DNA from: an uncultured Candidatus Rokubacteria bacterium
GTDB lineage: Bacteria > Methylomirabilota > Methylomirabilia > Rokubacteriales > CSP1-6
DNA length: 64,000 nt
Assembly (NCBI GenBank): GCA_963771355.1
Contig: CAVYTA010000001.1
Location: 160,001-224,000, forward strand
Direction: 5' to 3'
Below are positions 24,807-35,129 of the stretch, in pieces. Both the position numbers and the translations under genes were made by a program. Every line of letters starts with the position of its first letter. The first letter of the stretch is position 1. The notes below the pieces were generated by a model. It was not told the DNA's origin. It saw only the letters and a program-made list of their open reading frames with translations, and did not search any database.

Positions 24807-27386
24807 ATGCTGAACGTGAAGCAGCTATTCTCAGCCTTATTGGTGCTAGGAATATTCGTAAGTAGCACCGGCTACGCGTTCTCTCAGGCTCAACCGCCTG
24901 CGTCCCCGCCACCACCCGACTCTGAGGCGCAAGCGACACCGACCGCTCCCGGCGGAGAGATCACCCCGGCGCGGGTGAGCTATCTGAACGGCGAGGTCTC
25001 CTTCTGGCGCCCGGGGGCCAGTGACTGGACGCCCGCCAAGGTGAACACGCCGCTCGCTCCCGGTGACGTCTTCTATACCGGCTCCGATGGCACCGTCGAG
25101 ATCCAGGTCGGGCCGCGCGCCTTCGTGCGTGCCGCGCCCGGCGCTCAGATCGCGCTCGACAATCACGAGCCCGACTATATCCAGCTCCGCCTCACCGCCG
25201 GTCACGCCGCGGTCGACATCCGCGAGCTTGGCTCCGGCGACACGCTGGAGCTGGCCACGCCGGGCGCAGCCTTCACCATCGAGCGCAACGGCTACTACCA
25301 CGCGGAGGTCAGCGACGACACCACGACCTTCCGCGCGCATCGAGCGGGTTCTGCCACCATGACGCCCGCGGGCGGCGCCGCCACACCGGTGCCCGCCAAT
25401 CAGCAGGCGGTGGTGACCGGCACGGAGTCGCCCCGGGTGGTCGTTGGGGCGGCTCCGGCGCTGACCGCCTGGGACCAGTGGAACTATCAGCGCACGGACT
25501 ATCTCACTCAGCCGGCGAGCGCGCGCTACGTGCCCCAGGGTGTGTACGGAACGGAGACGCTGGACCAGCACGGCACCTGGCGCAACGTGGAGAGTTACGG
25601 CAATGTCTGGGTGCCCACGACGGTGGCGGCGGGCTGGGTGCCGTACAGCACCGGCCGGTGGATCTGGGATCCACGCTTCGGCTGGACCTGGCTCGACGAC
25701 GCCCCGTGGGGCTGGGCGCCGTATCACTATGGCCGCTGGGTGCATGTCCACAACTACTGGGCCTGGGCGCCGGGGCCCGTCGTCGTGCGGCCCGTCTACT
25801 CGCCCGCGCTGGTCGTGTTCCTCGGCGGCGGTGTGCACCTCAGCGTGGGCCGGCCGGTGTACTGGGCCCCGCTCGGCTGGGGCGAGCCCTGCGTTCCGTG
25901 GTGGGGGCGGCGCGGCTTCGTCGGCGTGCCTAGCTGGCATGGCTGGGGTGGTCCGCGCGTCGTGAACAATGTGGTCGTCAACAACACGACGGTGGTGAAC
26001 GTACAGAACATCAACGTCTACCGGAACGTGACCGTCAACAACGCGGTGGTGGGCGTGCCCGCCGACCGCTTCGGCCGCGGCGCGGTGGTGGCGACCCGGG
26101 CAAACACGTCGGAGGTGCGGCAGCTCGCGCCGGTGCGCGGCGCTCCCGAGGTGAAGCCCGTGGCCGCGAGCGTGGCAGCCAGCAATGGCTCGGCGGCCAA
26201 GCCGCCCGTATCCGTGCAGAACCGCCGCGTGGTGGCGACCCGCGCCCCGCGTGACCAGGGCCCGGCGCTCCGCGAGCAGGGCTTGCCCGAGAGCAAGCCA
26301 GCGACGGTGGAGCCTGCGCCGAAGCTCGTGCCGGCGCCGGCGCCGACCGTCACACGTTCCGATTCCCCGCGCCGTGACAATCGGGACAATCGTCCGACCG
26401 GCGCACCCGGACGGGCCGAGCGGAACGACGGCGTGCGAGGAGCCGAGCGACCTGCGCCGGCTCAGCCCCCGGCGGCTCCGGCGCCCGCGCCGGCTCCGCG
26501 AGTGCGGGACGAGGGACAGCCGGAGCCCAAGCAGGGCGCACCGGCGCAGCCCCCGGCGGCCCCAGCGCCTCCGCCGGCTCCGCGAGGTCGAGTCGAGGGA
26601 CGCCCCGAACCCAGGCAGGGCGCGCCGGCGCAGCCCCCGGCGGCTCCGGCGCCCGCGCCGGCTCCGCGAGGTCGAGACGAGGGACGCCCCGAACCCAGGC
26701 AGGGCGCGCCGGCGCAGCCCCCGGCGGCTCCGGCACCCGCGCCGGCTCCGCGAGGTCGAGACGAGGGACGCCCCGAACCCAGGCAGGGCGCGCCGGCGCA
26801 GCCCCCGGCGGCCCCGGCGCCCGCGCCGGCTCCGCGAGGTCGAGACGAGGGACGACCGGAGCCCAGGCAGAGTGCGCCGGCTCAGCCCCCGGCGCCCCCC
26901 GCACCCGCGCCGGCTCCGCGAGGTCGGGACGAGGGACGGCCGGATCCCAGGCTGAACGCGCCGCCCCAGCCCCCGGTGGCGCCTTCGCCCATGCCGACCC
27001 CGCGAGGTCGGGATGAGGGACGCCCCGAACCCAGGTCGAGCGTCCCGGCCCAGCCCATGCCTGCGCCGGCTGCCTCCGCGCCTCGGCCGCGTCAGGAGAC
27101 GCGGCCGGAGCCCAGGGTGATGCCTCCCGCTCAGCCGGCACGGGCCCCCGCGCCCGCGCCGGCTCCTCCCGCGCGCATCGAGCGGCCGGCCCAGATGGAG
27201 CGGCCGGCGCCGACGGCGCCGGTCGAGCGGCCCGCCACGGCCCAGCCGGAGCCTCGCACGCGCCGATTGGAGTCTGGGGCGCCGTCCGTTGGACCGGGCG
27301 GCGGAGGCGACGGCAGGGGGCAGCGGGACAATCGTGAGTCGGGGGCCGTCCCCGAGTCGGGTCCCCGCACCAAGAATCGCGACTGA
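24807..27386 (+). CDS. Secreted FecR-like + DUF6600 protein with long Pro-rich repeat tail
   Basis: AGGAGG SD and signal peptide; ARVSYLNGEVSF; WVPYSTGRW...PWGWAPYHYGRW; Asn/Val-rich stretch followed by repeats. Confidence 0.85.
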   Translation: MLNVKQLFSALLVLGIFVSSTGYAFSQAQPPASPPPPDSEAQATPTAPGGEITPARVSYLNGEVSFWRPGASDWTPAKVNTPLAPGDVFYTGSDGTVEIQVGPRAFVRAAPGAQIALDNHEPDYIQLRLTAGHAAVDIRELGSGDTLELATPGAAFTIERNGYYHAEVSDDTTTFRAHRAGSATMTPAGGAATPVPANQQAVVTGTESPRVVVGAAPALTAWDQWNYQRTDYLTQPASARYVPQGVYGTETLDQHGTWRNVESYGNVWVPTTVAAGWVPYSTGRWIWDPRFGWTWLDDAPWGWAPYHYGRWVHVHNYWAWAPGPVVVRPVYSPALVVFLGGGVHLSVGRPVYWAPLGWGEPCVPWWGRRGFVGVPSWHGWGGPRVVNNVVVNNTTVVNVQNINVYRNVTVNNAVVGVPADRFGRGAVVATRANTSEVRQLAPVRGAPEVKPVAASVAASNGSAAKPPVSVQNRRVVATRAPRDQGPALREQGLPESKPATVEPAPKLVPAPAPTVTRSDSPRRDNRDNRPTGAPGRAERNDGVRGAERPAPAQPPAAPAPAPAPRVRDEGQPEPKQGAPAQPPAAPAPPPAPRGRVEGRPEPRQGAPAQPPAAPAPAPAPRGRDEGRPEPRQGAPAQPPAAPAPAPAPRGRDEGRPEPRQGAPAQPPAAPAPAPAPRGRDEGRPEPRQSAPAQPPAPPAPAPAPRGRDEGRPDPRLNAPPQPPVAPSPMPTPRGRDEGRPEPRSSVPAQPMPAPAASAPRPRQETRPEPRVMPPAQPARAPAPAPAPPARIERPAQMERPAPTAPVERPATAQPEPRTRRLESGAPSVGPGGGGDGRGQRDNRESGAVPESGPRTKNRD
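26454..27041 (+). repeat. 84-bp coding tandem repeat, 7 units plus a degenerate 8th
   Basis: Unit APAQPPAAPAPAPAPRGRDEGRPEPRQG starts at 26454, 26538, 26622, 26706, 26790, 26874 and 26958. Confidence 0.92.
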
Positions 27387-27449
27387 TCCCCGGCCAGCTC
27401 TCCGGGTCGGCTTGACGTCCGGGCCGCGCGGGGCGGACACTTCGGCCCC

Positions 27450-28940
27450 GTGACGGCCCGCGTCCTCGGCGTCGATATCGGCACCACCGCGGTGAAGGCG
27501 ATCGCGCTCGACGAGCACGGGCGCGTCGCCGCCACCGCGAGCATCCCCCACGACGGGCTCGCGCCGCGGCCCGGCTGGTCCGAGGGCAATCCCGACGCCT
27601 GGTGGCGGGGCGCGGTGAGCGCGCTGCGCCGCCTCGCCGAGCAGACGCCGATCGACGCGGTCGCGATGGTCGGCGTCAGCGGCATGGTCCCCGCTCTCCT
27701 CTGCCTCGACGGCGCCGGGCGCCTGCTCCGGCCCTCCATCCAGCAGAACGACGCCCGCACGGAGGCCGAGATCGAGTGGCTGCGCGACCGGCTCGCCGCG
27801 GCGGACTTCTTCGCTGCCACGGGGCAGCCGCTCAGCCAGCAGCTCGTGCTGCCGCGTCTTCTCTGGCTGCGGGCGCATGAGCCCGCAATCCACCGTCAGA
27901 TCCGTCGCGTGCTCGGGTCCTATGACTGGATCACACACCGGCTCACGGGCGAGTGGAGCCTCGAGCGCAACTGGGCGCTCGAGTCCGGCTTCTGGGACGC
28001 GCGGCAGCGAGGCTGGTACGCGCCCGCCCTCGCCGCCACCGAGACGCCGGAGGCTTGGTTGCCGTCCGTGCGCGCCCCGCACGACGTGGTGGGCGCCCTG
28101 ACCCCGGAGGCCGCCGCCGCCACCGGTCTCCGCGTGGGGACGCGAGTGATCGCGGGCAGCGCCGATCATGTCGCCGCCGCGCTGGCGGCGGGCACCGGGC
28201 CCGGCGAGCTGGTGCTCAAGATCGGGGGCGGGGGCGACGTGCTCTACGGGGTGGACCACTTCGCACCCGACCCGCGCCTGTACATCGACTATCACGACCT
28301 GCCGGGCCGCTTTCTCCTCAACGGCTGCATGGTGGCCAGCGGCGCGCTGGTGAAGTGGTTCGCCGAAGCATTCGCCCGCGACCTCGGCGACGGAGAGGCG
28401 CGCTACGCGCGGCTCGACGCGGAAGCGGAGGCCACCCCGCCCGGCGCCGACGGGCTCGTGATGCTGCCGTATTTCCTGGGTGAGAAGACACCCATCTTCG
28501 ACGCGGGCGCTCGCGGCGCCGTGACGGGGCTCGCGCTAGCGCACAGTCGCGGCCACCTCTTCCGTGCCGTCCTCGAGGCCGTCGCCTATGGCTTCCGCCA
28601 CCACGTCGACGTGCTCATCGAGGGTGGGCATCCCATCCGGGTCACCCGCATCATGGATCGCGGCGCGCGCAGCCCGCTCTGGCGCCAGATCCTGGCGGAT
28701 GTGCTGGGACGTCCCATCGAGTATGCTCCGGGGGCGGACCTCGGCAGCGCCTGGGGCGTGGCCTGGGTGGCCGGCGTGGCGGCCGGCTGCTGGGACTGGG
28801 AGCGGACCGGACCCGTGGGAGCAACGACCGATGCGCCGCCGATCGTGCATGCGCCGGTGCCCGAGCACACCGCCCGCTACGAGCGCCAGTACCGACTCTA
28901 CCGCGGCCTATACCCGACACTGCGAGGAGAGACGCGATGA
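27450..28940 (+). CDS. FGGY-family carbohydrate kinase (xylulokinase-like)
   Basis: LGVDIGTTAVK, GSAD, LPYFLGEKTP and RAVLEAVAY motifs. Confidence 0.9.
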   Translation: MTARVLGVDIGTTAVKAIALDEHGRVAATASIPHDGLAPRPGWSEGNPDAWWRGAVSALRRLAEQTPIDAVAMVGVSGMVPALLCLDGAGRLLRPSIQQNDARTEAEIEWLRDRLAAADFFAATGQPLSQQLVLPRLLWLRAHEPAIHRQIRRVLGSYDWITHRLTGEWSLERNWALESGFWDARQRGWYAPALAATETPEAWLPSVRAPHDVVGALTPEAAAATGLRVGTRVIAGSADHVAAALAAGTGPGELVLKIGGGGDVLYGVDHFAPDPRLYIDYHDLPGRFLLNGCMVASGALVKWFAEAFARDLGDGEARYARLDAEAEATPPGADGLVMLPYFLGEKTPIFDAGARGAVTGLALAHSRGHLFRAVLEAVAYGFRHHVDVLIEGGHPIRVTRIMDRGARSPLWRQILADVLGRPIEYAPGADLGSAWGVAWVAGVAAGCWDWERTGPVGATTDAPPIVHAPVPEHTARYERQYRLYRGLYPTLRGETR

Positions 28941-29992
28941 GACACAAGATCGCCGTGATTCCCGGCGACGGCATCGGCAACGAGGTGGTGCCCGAGGGCC
29001 TGCGCGTGCTGGAGGCGGCCGGCCGGCGCTTCGGCTTCGAGTGCGCCTTCACGCACTTCGACTGGAACTGCGAGCGCTACACCAAGACCGGCCGCATGAT
29101 GCCGGAGGACGGGCTCGACCAGCTCCGCGCCTTCGAGGCCATCTTCCTCGGCGCGGTCGGGTTCCCGGGCGTGCCCGATCACGTCTCCCTCTGGGGCCTC
29201 CTCATCCCCATCCGGCGGAGCTTCCACCAGTACATCAACCTGCGCCCGGTGCGGCTGCTCAAGGGCGTGAGGTCACCGCTGGCGGGACGAACTTCCTCCG
29301 ACATCGACATGCTCATCGTGCGGGAGAACAACGAGGGCGAGTACTCGGAGATCGGCGGCCGGCTCTTCCGCGGCGCCGACAACGAGATGGCGATCCAGCA
29401 GGCGATCTTCACCCGGAAAGGCTGCGACCGCGTGATGCGCTACGCCTTCGAGCGCGCGCGACAGCGGCCGCGCAAGCACGTGACGTCCGCCACCAAATCC
29501 AACGGCATCATCCACAGCATGCCGTACTGGGACGAGCGGTTTGCCGCGATCGGGAAGGAGTACCCCGACGTCGAGACCGCCCAGTTCCACATCGACATCC
29601 TCACCGCCCACTTCGTCCAGCACCCGGACTGGTTCGACGTGGTGGTGGGCAGCAATCTCTTCGGCGACATCCTCTCGGACCTCGGGCCCGCCATCGCCGG
29701 CTCCATCGGCATCGCGCCTGGGGGCAACATCAATCCGGAGAAGGAGTACCCCTCCATGTTCGAGCCGGTCCACGGCTCGGCCCCGGACATCGCCGGCAAG
29801 GGCATCGCCAATCCGGTGGCGCAGGTCTGGACCGCGGCCATGCTGCTCGAGCACCTGGGCCATCAAGACGCCGCCGACGCGGTGGTGGGGGCCATCGAGA
29901 AGCTGGTGGAGGAGGGCAAGACGGTGACGCGCGACCTCGGTGGCAAGGCTTCCACCAAGGAGGTCGGGGACGCCCTGGCCACCATGATCTAG
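28937..29992 (+). CDS. ttuC: Tartrate dehydrogenase/decarboxylase (D-malate dehydrogenase family)
   Basis: IPGDGIG, PDHVSLWGLL, TKSNG, NLFGDILSD and FEPVHGSAPDIAG motifs. Confidence 0.88.
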   Translation: MRHKIAVIPGDGIGNEVVPEGLRVLEAAGRRFGFECAFTHFDWNCERYTKTGRMMPEDGLDQLRAFEAIFLGAVGFPGVPDHVSLWGLLIPIRRSFHQYINLRPVRLLKGVRSPLAGRTSSDIDMLIVRENNEGEYSEIGGRLFRGADNEMAIQQAIFTRKGCDRVMRYAFERARQRPRKHVTSATKSNGIIHSMPYWDERFAAIGKEYPDVETAQFHIDILTAHFVQHPDWFDVVVGSNLFGDILSDLGPAIAGSIGIAPGGNINPEKEYPSMFEPVHGSAPDIAGKGIANPVAQVWTAAMLLEHLGHQDAADAVVGAIEKLVEEGKTVTRDLGGKASTKEVGDALATMI

Positions 29993-30072
29993 GCGCCTGC
30001 AGGCCCCTCTGCTAAGGTAGGGATCTGGATCCCGCCAGATCCCCCACGGGCTCTCATCAACAGGAGGCTTCG

Positions 30073-30390
30073 ATGCGGCGTGCGGCGCACGGGCTGGTGC
30101 TCATCTGGGCGCTGTGGTCCACCACCTCGCTGGACAATGATCCTCGACTTCTGCTGAGCGGGTGGCTGTTCGGGGTACAGCCATTTCCCGCCGACTCCCG
30201 TCTGGTGGATGGCTATGCGAGCCAGGCCGCTTGCCAGGCCGTGCTGGAACACTACATGAATACCCTCAAATCCTCCAACGATAGCTATACGCCGGGCTAT
30301 TGGAAGCGGGAGGGCGACCAGAGCGTATCCCAGTTCTTCCCCACCGGCATGATCACGGTGCGCAACCGCCTGGAGTGCCGTCAGCAGTAG
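30073..30390 (+). CDS. Hypothetical small secreted protein
   Basis: AGGAGG SD, hydrophobic N-terminus, two Cys; no recognisable family. Confidence 0.6.
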   Translation: MRRAAHGLVLIWALWSTTSLDNDPRLLLSGWLFGVQPFPADSRLVDGYASQAACQAVLEHYMNTLKSSNDSYTPGYWKREGDQSVSQFFPTGMITVRNRLECRQQ

Positions 30391-30412
30391 GCGGACGAGA
30401 GATCGGCGCGGG

Positions 30413-31099
30413 TCAGCGCGCGGGCGAGGGCATGAGCACCCGGTCGAGCCAGGCGCCGACGTCCCCGATTTCCTCCGGGCAGACGGCATGCGGCATCGAA
30501 TACTCCCGCCAGTCGACCTGGTAGCCGAGCTTCCGCAGCGCGTCCCGTGAGATCGCGGCCCGCTGGAGGGGGATCACGGGATCCTCCGTGCCATGGGCCA
30601 TGAAGATCGGCACGTCGCGATTGGCGGGCCCCGCCTCCGCCGCCACCGTTTCGGCCAGGGGCAGATACGTCGAGAGCGCGAGGATACCCGCCAGCCGCTC
30701 GGGATGGCGCAGCCCCGTCTGCAGCGCGATGGCGCCGCCTTGAGAGAACCCCGCGAGGACAATTCTCCCGGGCGCGACGCCCCGCTCGCGCTCCCGGGCG
30801 ATGAGTGCCTCGATGCGCCCCTGGGAGGCGCGAATGCCGTCGGCGTCCTGCCGCGTGTCGCCGTAAACGTCGTACCAGGCGGGCATCACGTGGCCGTAGT
30901 TGATGGTCACTGCCTGCACCGGAGCGTGCGGGAAGACGAAGCGGGCGCGGAGCCGCGGTGGGAGGGGCAGCTCGGGAACGATAGGCTCGAAGTCGTGGCC
31001 GTCGGCGCCCAGGCCGTGCAGCCAGATGATGGACGCGTCCACGGGCCCGCCGGTGGCGAGGCCGACCTCGACCTCGAGCGCTTCCAGCAGGTCCGACAC
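30413..31099 (-). CDS. Carboxylesterase/phospholipase (alpha/beta hydrolase)
   Basis: WLHGLGADG, GFSQGG, HGTEDPVI and the MPH catalytic His. Confidence 0.92.
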   Translation of the reverse strand: MSDLLEALEVEVGLATGGPVDASIIWLHGLGADGHDFEPIVPELPLPPRLRARFVFPHAPVQAVTINYGHVMPAWYDVYGDTRQDADGIRASQGRIEALIARERERGVAPGRIVLAGFSQGGAIALQTGLRHPERLAGILALSTYLPLAETVAAEAGPANRDVPIFMAHGTEDPVIPLQRAAISRDALRKLGYQVDWREYSMPHAVCPEEIGDVGAWLDRVLMPSPAR

Positions 31100-31100
31100 G

Positions 31101-32336
31101 CTAGAGCCGGACTCGGGTCTGGATGCGCTCCACCGCCTCCGCCGTCTGCTCGCGGCTGCCGAAGGCGGTGAGGCGAAGATAACCCTCGCCGCTCGGCCCG
31201 AAGCCCGCACCCGGCGTGGATACCACGTGGCCTTCGTTGAGAAGCTTGTCGAAGAGGTCCCAGGAGCCGAGGCCCCTGGGCGTCTTCACCCAGATGTACG
31301 GCGCGTTGGCCCCGCCGTAGACGGTGAGCCCCATGCCCGCCACACCCTCGCGGATGATGCGGGCGTTCTCGAGGTAAAAGTCCACGGACTCGCGCACCTG
31401 CTTCTGGCCCTCCGGCGAGTACGCGGCGGCGGCGCCCTTCTGGATGATGTAGGACACCCCGTTGAACTTGGTGGACTGCCGGCGGAACCACAGCGCGTGC
31501 AGGCTCGTCGCCTCGCCCGACGCGGACCGGCCCATGCAGGCCTTGGGCACCACGGTATACGCGCAGCGGACTCCGGTGAAGCCCGCCGTCTTGGAGAATG
31601 ACCGCAGCTCGATGGCCACCTCCTGCGCGCCCTCGATCTCGTAGATGGAGCGCGGGATGGCCGGGTCGCGGATATAGGACTCGTAGGCGGCGTCGTAGAG
31701 GATCACCGCCCCTTCGCGCCGCGCGTAGTCCACCCAGCGCTTCAGCGCATCCTTGCCCAGCACCGCGCCGGTCGGGTTGTTCGGGTAGCAGAGATAGATC
31801 AGGTCCACGTGCCGCTCGGGCAGCGCGGGATTGAAGCCGTTGTCCGCGGTGGCGGGCAGATAGACGATCCGGTCGTAGCGCCCGTTCTCCGTGGGTCGGC
31901 CGGCGCGGCCCGCCATCACATTGCTGTCCACGTAGACCGGATAGACCGGGTCCACCACCGCGATCACGCACTCGGGCGCGAAGATCTCCTGGATATTCGC
32001 GGCGTCGGTCTTGCCGCCGTCGGAGACGAAGATCTCCTCGGGGGTGAGGTGGACCCCGCGGGGTGCGTAGTCGTGCGCCGCGATGAGCTCGGTGAGGAAG
32101 GTGAAGCCCGTCTCCGGCGGATAGCCGCGGAAGGTCTCCGCGCGGCCCATCTCGGCGACGGCATCCTGCATGGCCCGCACGATGGCGGGCGCCAGCGGCC
32201 GGGTCACGTCCCCGATACCCAGGCGGATCAGCTTGGCGGAGGGATTGGCCTCCCCGAAAGCCTTCACGCGCTTGGCGATGTCGGAGAAGAGGTAGCTGCC
32301 CTTGATGGCGAGATGGTGCTCGTTCACGAGCGGCAC
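31101..32336 (-). CDS. dapL: LL-diaminopimelate aminotransferase
   Basis: [41 protein letters not shown] and [13 protein letters not shown] motifs. Confidence 0.95.
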   Translation of the reverse strand: MPLVNEHHLAIKGSYLFSDIAKRVKAFGEANPSAKLIRLGIGDVTRPLAPAIVRAMQDAVAEMGRAETFRGYPPETGFTFLTELIAAHDYAPRGVHLTPEEIFVSDGGKTDAANIQEIFAPECVIAVVDPVYPVYVDSNVMAGRAGRPTENGRYDRIVYLPATADNGFNPALPERHVDLIYLCYPNNPTGAVLGKDALKRWVDYARREGAVILYDAAYESYIRDPAIPRSIYEIEGAQEVAIELRSFSKTAGFTGVRCAYTVVPKACMGRSASGEATSLHALWFRRQSTKFNGVSYIIQKGAAAAYSPEGQKQVRESVDFYLENARIIREGVAGMGLTVYGGANAPYIWVKTPRGLGSWDLFDKLLNEGHVVSTPGAGFGPSGEGYLRLTAFGSREQTAEAVERIQTRVRL

Positions 32337-32525
32337 GGCGGTCTCCTGTATCCGTAGTGGGCCCGGTCGCTCCTGAGGGCCAGGGCGCGATTGTAGCAGA
32401 CGCCGCTGGTGGCATGCACTGGGCCGCCCACTCCCCCGTCGTGTGGAGGGGGGACCATGGGCGCGATGAGTCTCCTCCGGACGCTCTCTAGACCGTTGCG
32501 GCCGGCGCGGCGCCGACTTCTCCCC

Positions 32526-32693
32526 TTACCTCCGAACGAGGCCCGAGACCGACCAGACGACCATCAGGGCGAAGGCCACGAGCAGGCACTGTCCGATCAC
32601 CACGCTGTGATCCTCGAACAGGGCCGCCGACGGAATCAGTTGCTCGATGATGTTGAGGGCCCCGTCGCCCAGACGATTCGCCATGGTTGGCAT
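32526..32693 (-). CDS. 55-aa small membrane protein
   Basis: GAGGGGAG SD, C-terminal TM helix followed by RR, and an upstream sigma54 promoter. Confidence 0.5.
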   Translation of the reverse strand: MPTMANRLGDGALNIIEQLIPSAALFEDHSVVIGQCLLVAFALMVVWSVSGLVRR

Positions 32694-32747
32694 CGAGCTC
32701 TCCCCTCGAGGCGCATTCTCAGCGGCATGGCCGCTGTTGAACTGAGT

Positions 32748-32763
32748 AGCAAAGGCTGAGCCA
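32748..32763 (-). promoter_or_regulatory. Sigma54 -24/-12 promoter
   Basis: TGGCTCAGCCTTTGCT (GG-N10-GC). Confidence 0.7.
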
Positions 32764-32917
32764 AGGGCAAGTCCGGGGAGAGCGAGGGAATCGATCGGGC
32801 CGGATCCCCTCGTCATCGCAGGCTATTTTCCGGCCTCCCGCGATGATCAACGCCTGCGAGAAGGTTGCCCCTGACGCTTCACTTCTGAGGGAGGGGTTCC
32901 CGCGAGGTTCGCGGGGG

Positions 32918-34327
32918 TCAGGCGACTCCATTGCCGGAGATGCCGTACTGACGTGCCTTCCGGGCGATGGTGGACTGGGTGACGCCAAGATGCTTGGCCG
33001 CGCGCGCCTGGGTCCCGAACTGGGTGAGGGCGTCGCGGAGCATCTGCGCCTCGACCTTCTGACGGGCCTTCCGCAGGCTCGGCCGCTCGTGGTCGTCGAG
33101 GCGGGCCGGGTTCCCCGCGCTGATGACCTCGGCGGGAAGATCGCGCGGCACTATCATTTCGCCCGAGGTCGTCACCACGAGGCGCTCGACGAGGTTCCAC
33201 AGCTCCCGGATGTTGCCGGGGAACCGGTAGCCGGCGAGGACCTTGAGGGCGTCGGGAGTGAAGGCCCGCCGGCGCCCGACCTTGCGCTCGAGCTTGCCGA
33301 GCATCATGTGGACGAGGTCGGCGATGTCGGCCGGATGCTCCCGCAGGGGAGGGATATTGATGGTGAGGACGTTGAGGCGGTAAAAGAGATCGCCGCGGAA
33401 GCTTCCCTCACGGATCATCCGGGCGAGATCGCGATTGGTGGCGGCCACGATGCGAACATTGGGCCGCTTGGGCTTGACCGCTCCGATGGACCATACCTCG
33501 CCATCCTCGAGGAACCGGAGAAGCTTGACCTGGAGCCCGACCGGAAGATCCCCGATCTCGTTGAGGAGCAGCGTGCCCATGTGCGCCAGCTCGACGAGGC
33601 CGGTCTTTCCCTTCGCGTCCGCTCCGGTGAAGGCGCCCTTGACGTAACCGAAGAGCTCGGCCTCGATCAGCCCCTCGGGGATCGCGCCGCAGTTCACCTC
33701 GACGAAGGGACCGGCGCTCCTGGGTGACGACCGGTGAACCAGCCGGGCGAACACGCCCTTACCGGTGCCGGTCTCGCCGAGCAACAGGACCGGTGAATCC
33801 ACCGCCGCGTACTGGATCGCCTTGTCATGCTGCGTCCGCATCACCTCGCTCCGGAACACCGCCTCGGGCGTGGCCAGCTCTCGGGTGTCGGAGCTGCCGG
33901 CGGGCCGGCGATACGATTCCGAAGGTCCGAAGGTTTCCTGCAACCGTTGCATGACGCGACTCATCCCGGTAGTGTCGCGGAGGTTCAGGACGATGTGCCG
34001 GAGCTCGCCCATCTCGTCGCAGATCGGCGTGCCCGACACGAGAACTCGCCTGCCGTCGCCGAAGGTCTGCACCGCGGTGACCGTGAGCTTTTGCTCCCGG
34101 ACCTCGGCGATGACCGAGCTCTCGCGGCCGTTCCGGCTGAGCACGGTCGTGGCAGAGCGCCCGATCACGTCGGCCCGGGTCACGTCGAGCATCTCGAGCG
34201 CGAGGCGATTGGCCTTGAGAATGACTCCGTCGGCGGTGAGAAGGCAAAGACCGTCCAGGGCTCCTTCGACTATAGCGTCGAGCAGCCCCGTCTCCATTAC
34301 GTTCCCGTTCACGATGAGTCGCTCCAT
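32918..34327 (-). CDS. PAS-domain sigma54-dependent transcriptional activator (bEBP)
   Basis: PAS domain, Walker [33 protein letters not shown] and C-terminal HTH. Confidence 0.93.
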   Translation of the reverse strand: MERLIVNGNVMETGLLDAIVEGALDGLCLLTADGVILKANRLALEMLDVTRADVIGRSATTVLSRNGRESSVIAEVREQKLTVTAVQTFGDGRRVLVSGTPICDEMGELRHIVLNLRDTTGMSRVMQRLQETFGPSESYRRPAGSSDTRELATPEAVFRSEVMRTQHDKAIQYAAVDSPVLLLGETGTGKGVFARLVHRSSPRSAGPFVEVNCGAIPEGLIEAELFGYVKGAFTGADAKGKTGLVELAHMGTLLLNEIGDLPVGLQVKLLRFLEDGEVWSIGAVKPKRPNVRIVAATNRDLARMIREGSFRGDLFYRLNVLTINIPPLREHPADIADLVHMMLGKLERKVGRRRAFTPDALKVLAGYRFPGNIRELWNLVERLVVTTSGEMIVPRDLPAEVISAGNPARLDDHERPSLRKARQKVEAQMLRDALTQFGTQARAAKHLGVTQSTIARKARQYGISGNGVA

Positions 34328-34377
34328 TCTCTCGTCAGCCTTTTCGCCGCCCGAGGTCCCGACTTCCGTCGTTAAAG

Positions 34378-34393
34378 AGCACAGTTAATGCCA
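34378..34393 (-). promoter_or_regulatory. Sigma54 -24/-12 promoter upstream of the activator gene
   Basis: TGGCATTAACTGTGCT (GG-N10-GC). Confidence 0.65.
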
Positions 34394-34780
34394 GCCGATT
34401 CGCCCAAGTTCATACGCGCTGTTTCGCGTATTTGCGCTCGCTTTTCGGAAGTCGAATGACATTTCTCGACAAAGCGGAACCTACAATTCGTGAAGCGGCC
34501 GCCGCCCATTGTAGTTGCATGCACTCTTGGAGAGTCAGCCAAGGCTTGACGCTTGGGGTCGAAATTGGATCAGGCATTCATTTTTGCATTGAGACGGCCT
34601 TTCACTTCTAATTCAGCCACCTGAGTATGTCAAGCGCCTTTATTTGGTGCCGTTAATATCTAGGAACGGATTGAAATACTGGGTAACACAATTCCGTAAG
34701 TTTCTCCGACATTGGCTGGAAACCTCTGAGTTCTATCGAGGGAGCCGTTCATCGAAAGCGACTTTTCCCCCGCATCGCGC

Positions 34781-34796
34781 TGGCATGGTACGTGCT
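34781..34796 (+). promoter_or_regulatory. Sigma54 -24/-12 promoter upstream of the tad operon
   Basis: TGGCATGGTACGTGCT (GG-N10-GC), downstream of an AT-rich region. Confidence 0.7.
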
Positions 34797-34835
34797 GCCT
34801 ATCCAGCCGGACAGCGTAAACGAACGGTGCCCGGA

Positions 34836-35129
34836 GTGAAGATCAATTGCTTTTTTGAACATTTGCAGGGAGACCGGACTCTGGGGCACGCGATCGTGGT
34901 GGTGAACGGAGCCGCGCGGGATGAGACGTCCCCCTCTGTTCACGAGGTTCTCGGTCAGCTTGGATTGGGGTTCGATGCGGCCCAGGCGCCGTCCGGACCG
35001 GTCGATGGAAACGCGGTGGTCTTTCGAGTTCCACACGAGCGGCTGGCAGAAGTGGTGGTGGGGCTCGAGAGCTCTGGATTCGCGGATGTCCGGGCGTACG
35101 AAGGTCGTGATGTCCACCCGATCCCCTGA
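34836..35129 (+). CDS. Hypothetical ~97-aa protein preceding the flp genes
   Basis: Globular alpha/beta-like sequence just after the sigma54 promoter; start uncertain. Confidence 0.5.
   Translation: MKINCFFEHLQGDRTLGHAIVVVNGAARDETSPSVHEVLGQLGLGFDAAQAPSGPVDGNAVVFRVPHERLAEVVVGLESSGFADVRAYEGRDVHPIP

Noticed and set aside
24846..28295. 1149-aa minus-strand ORF
   Set aside because: Shadow of the DUF6600 and FGGY genes; Arg/Gly-rich with no recognisable domain.
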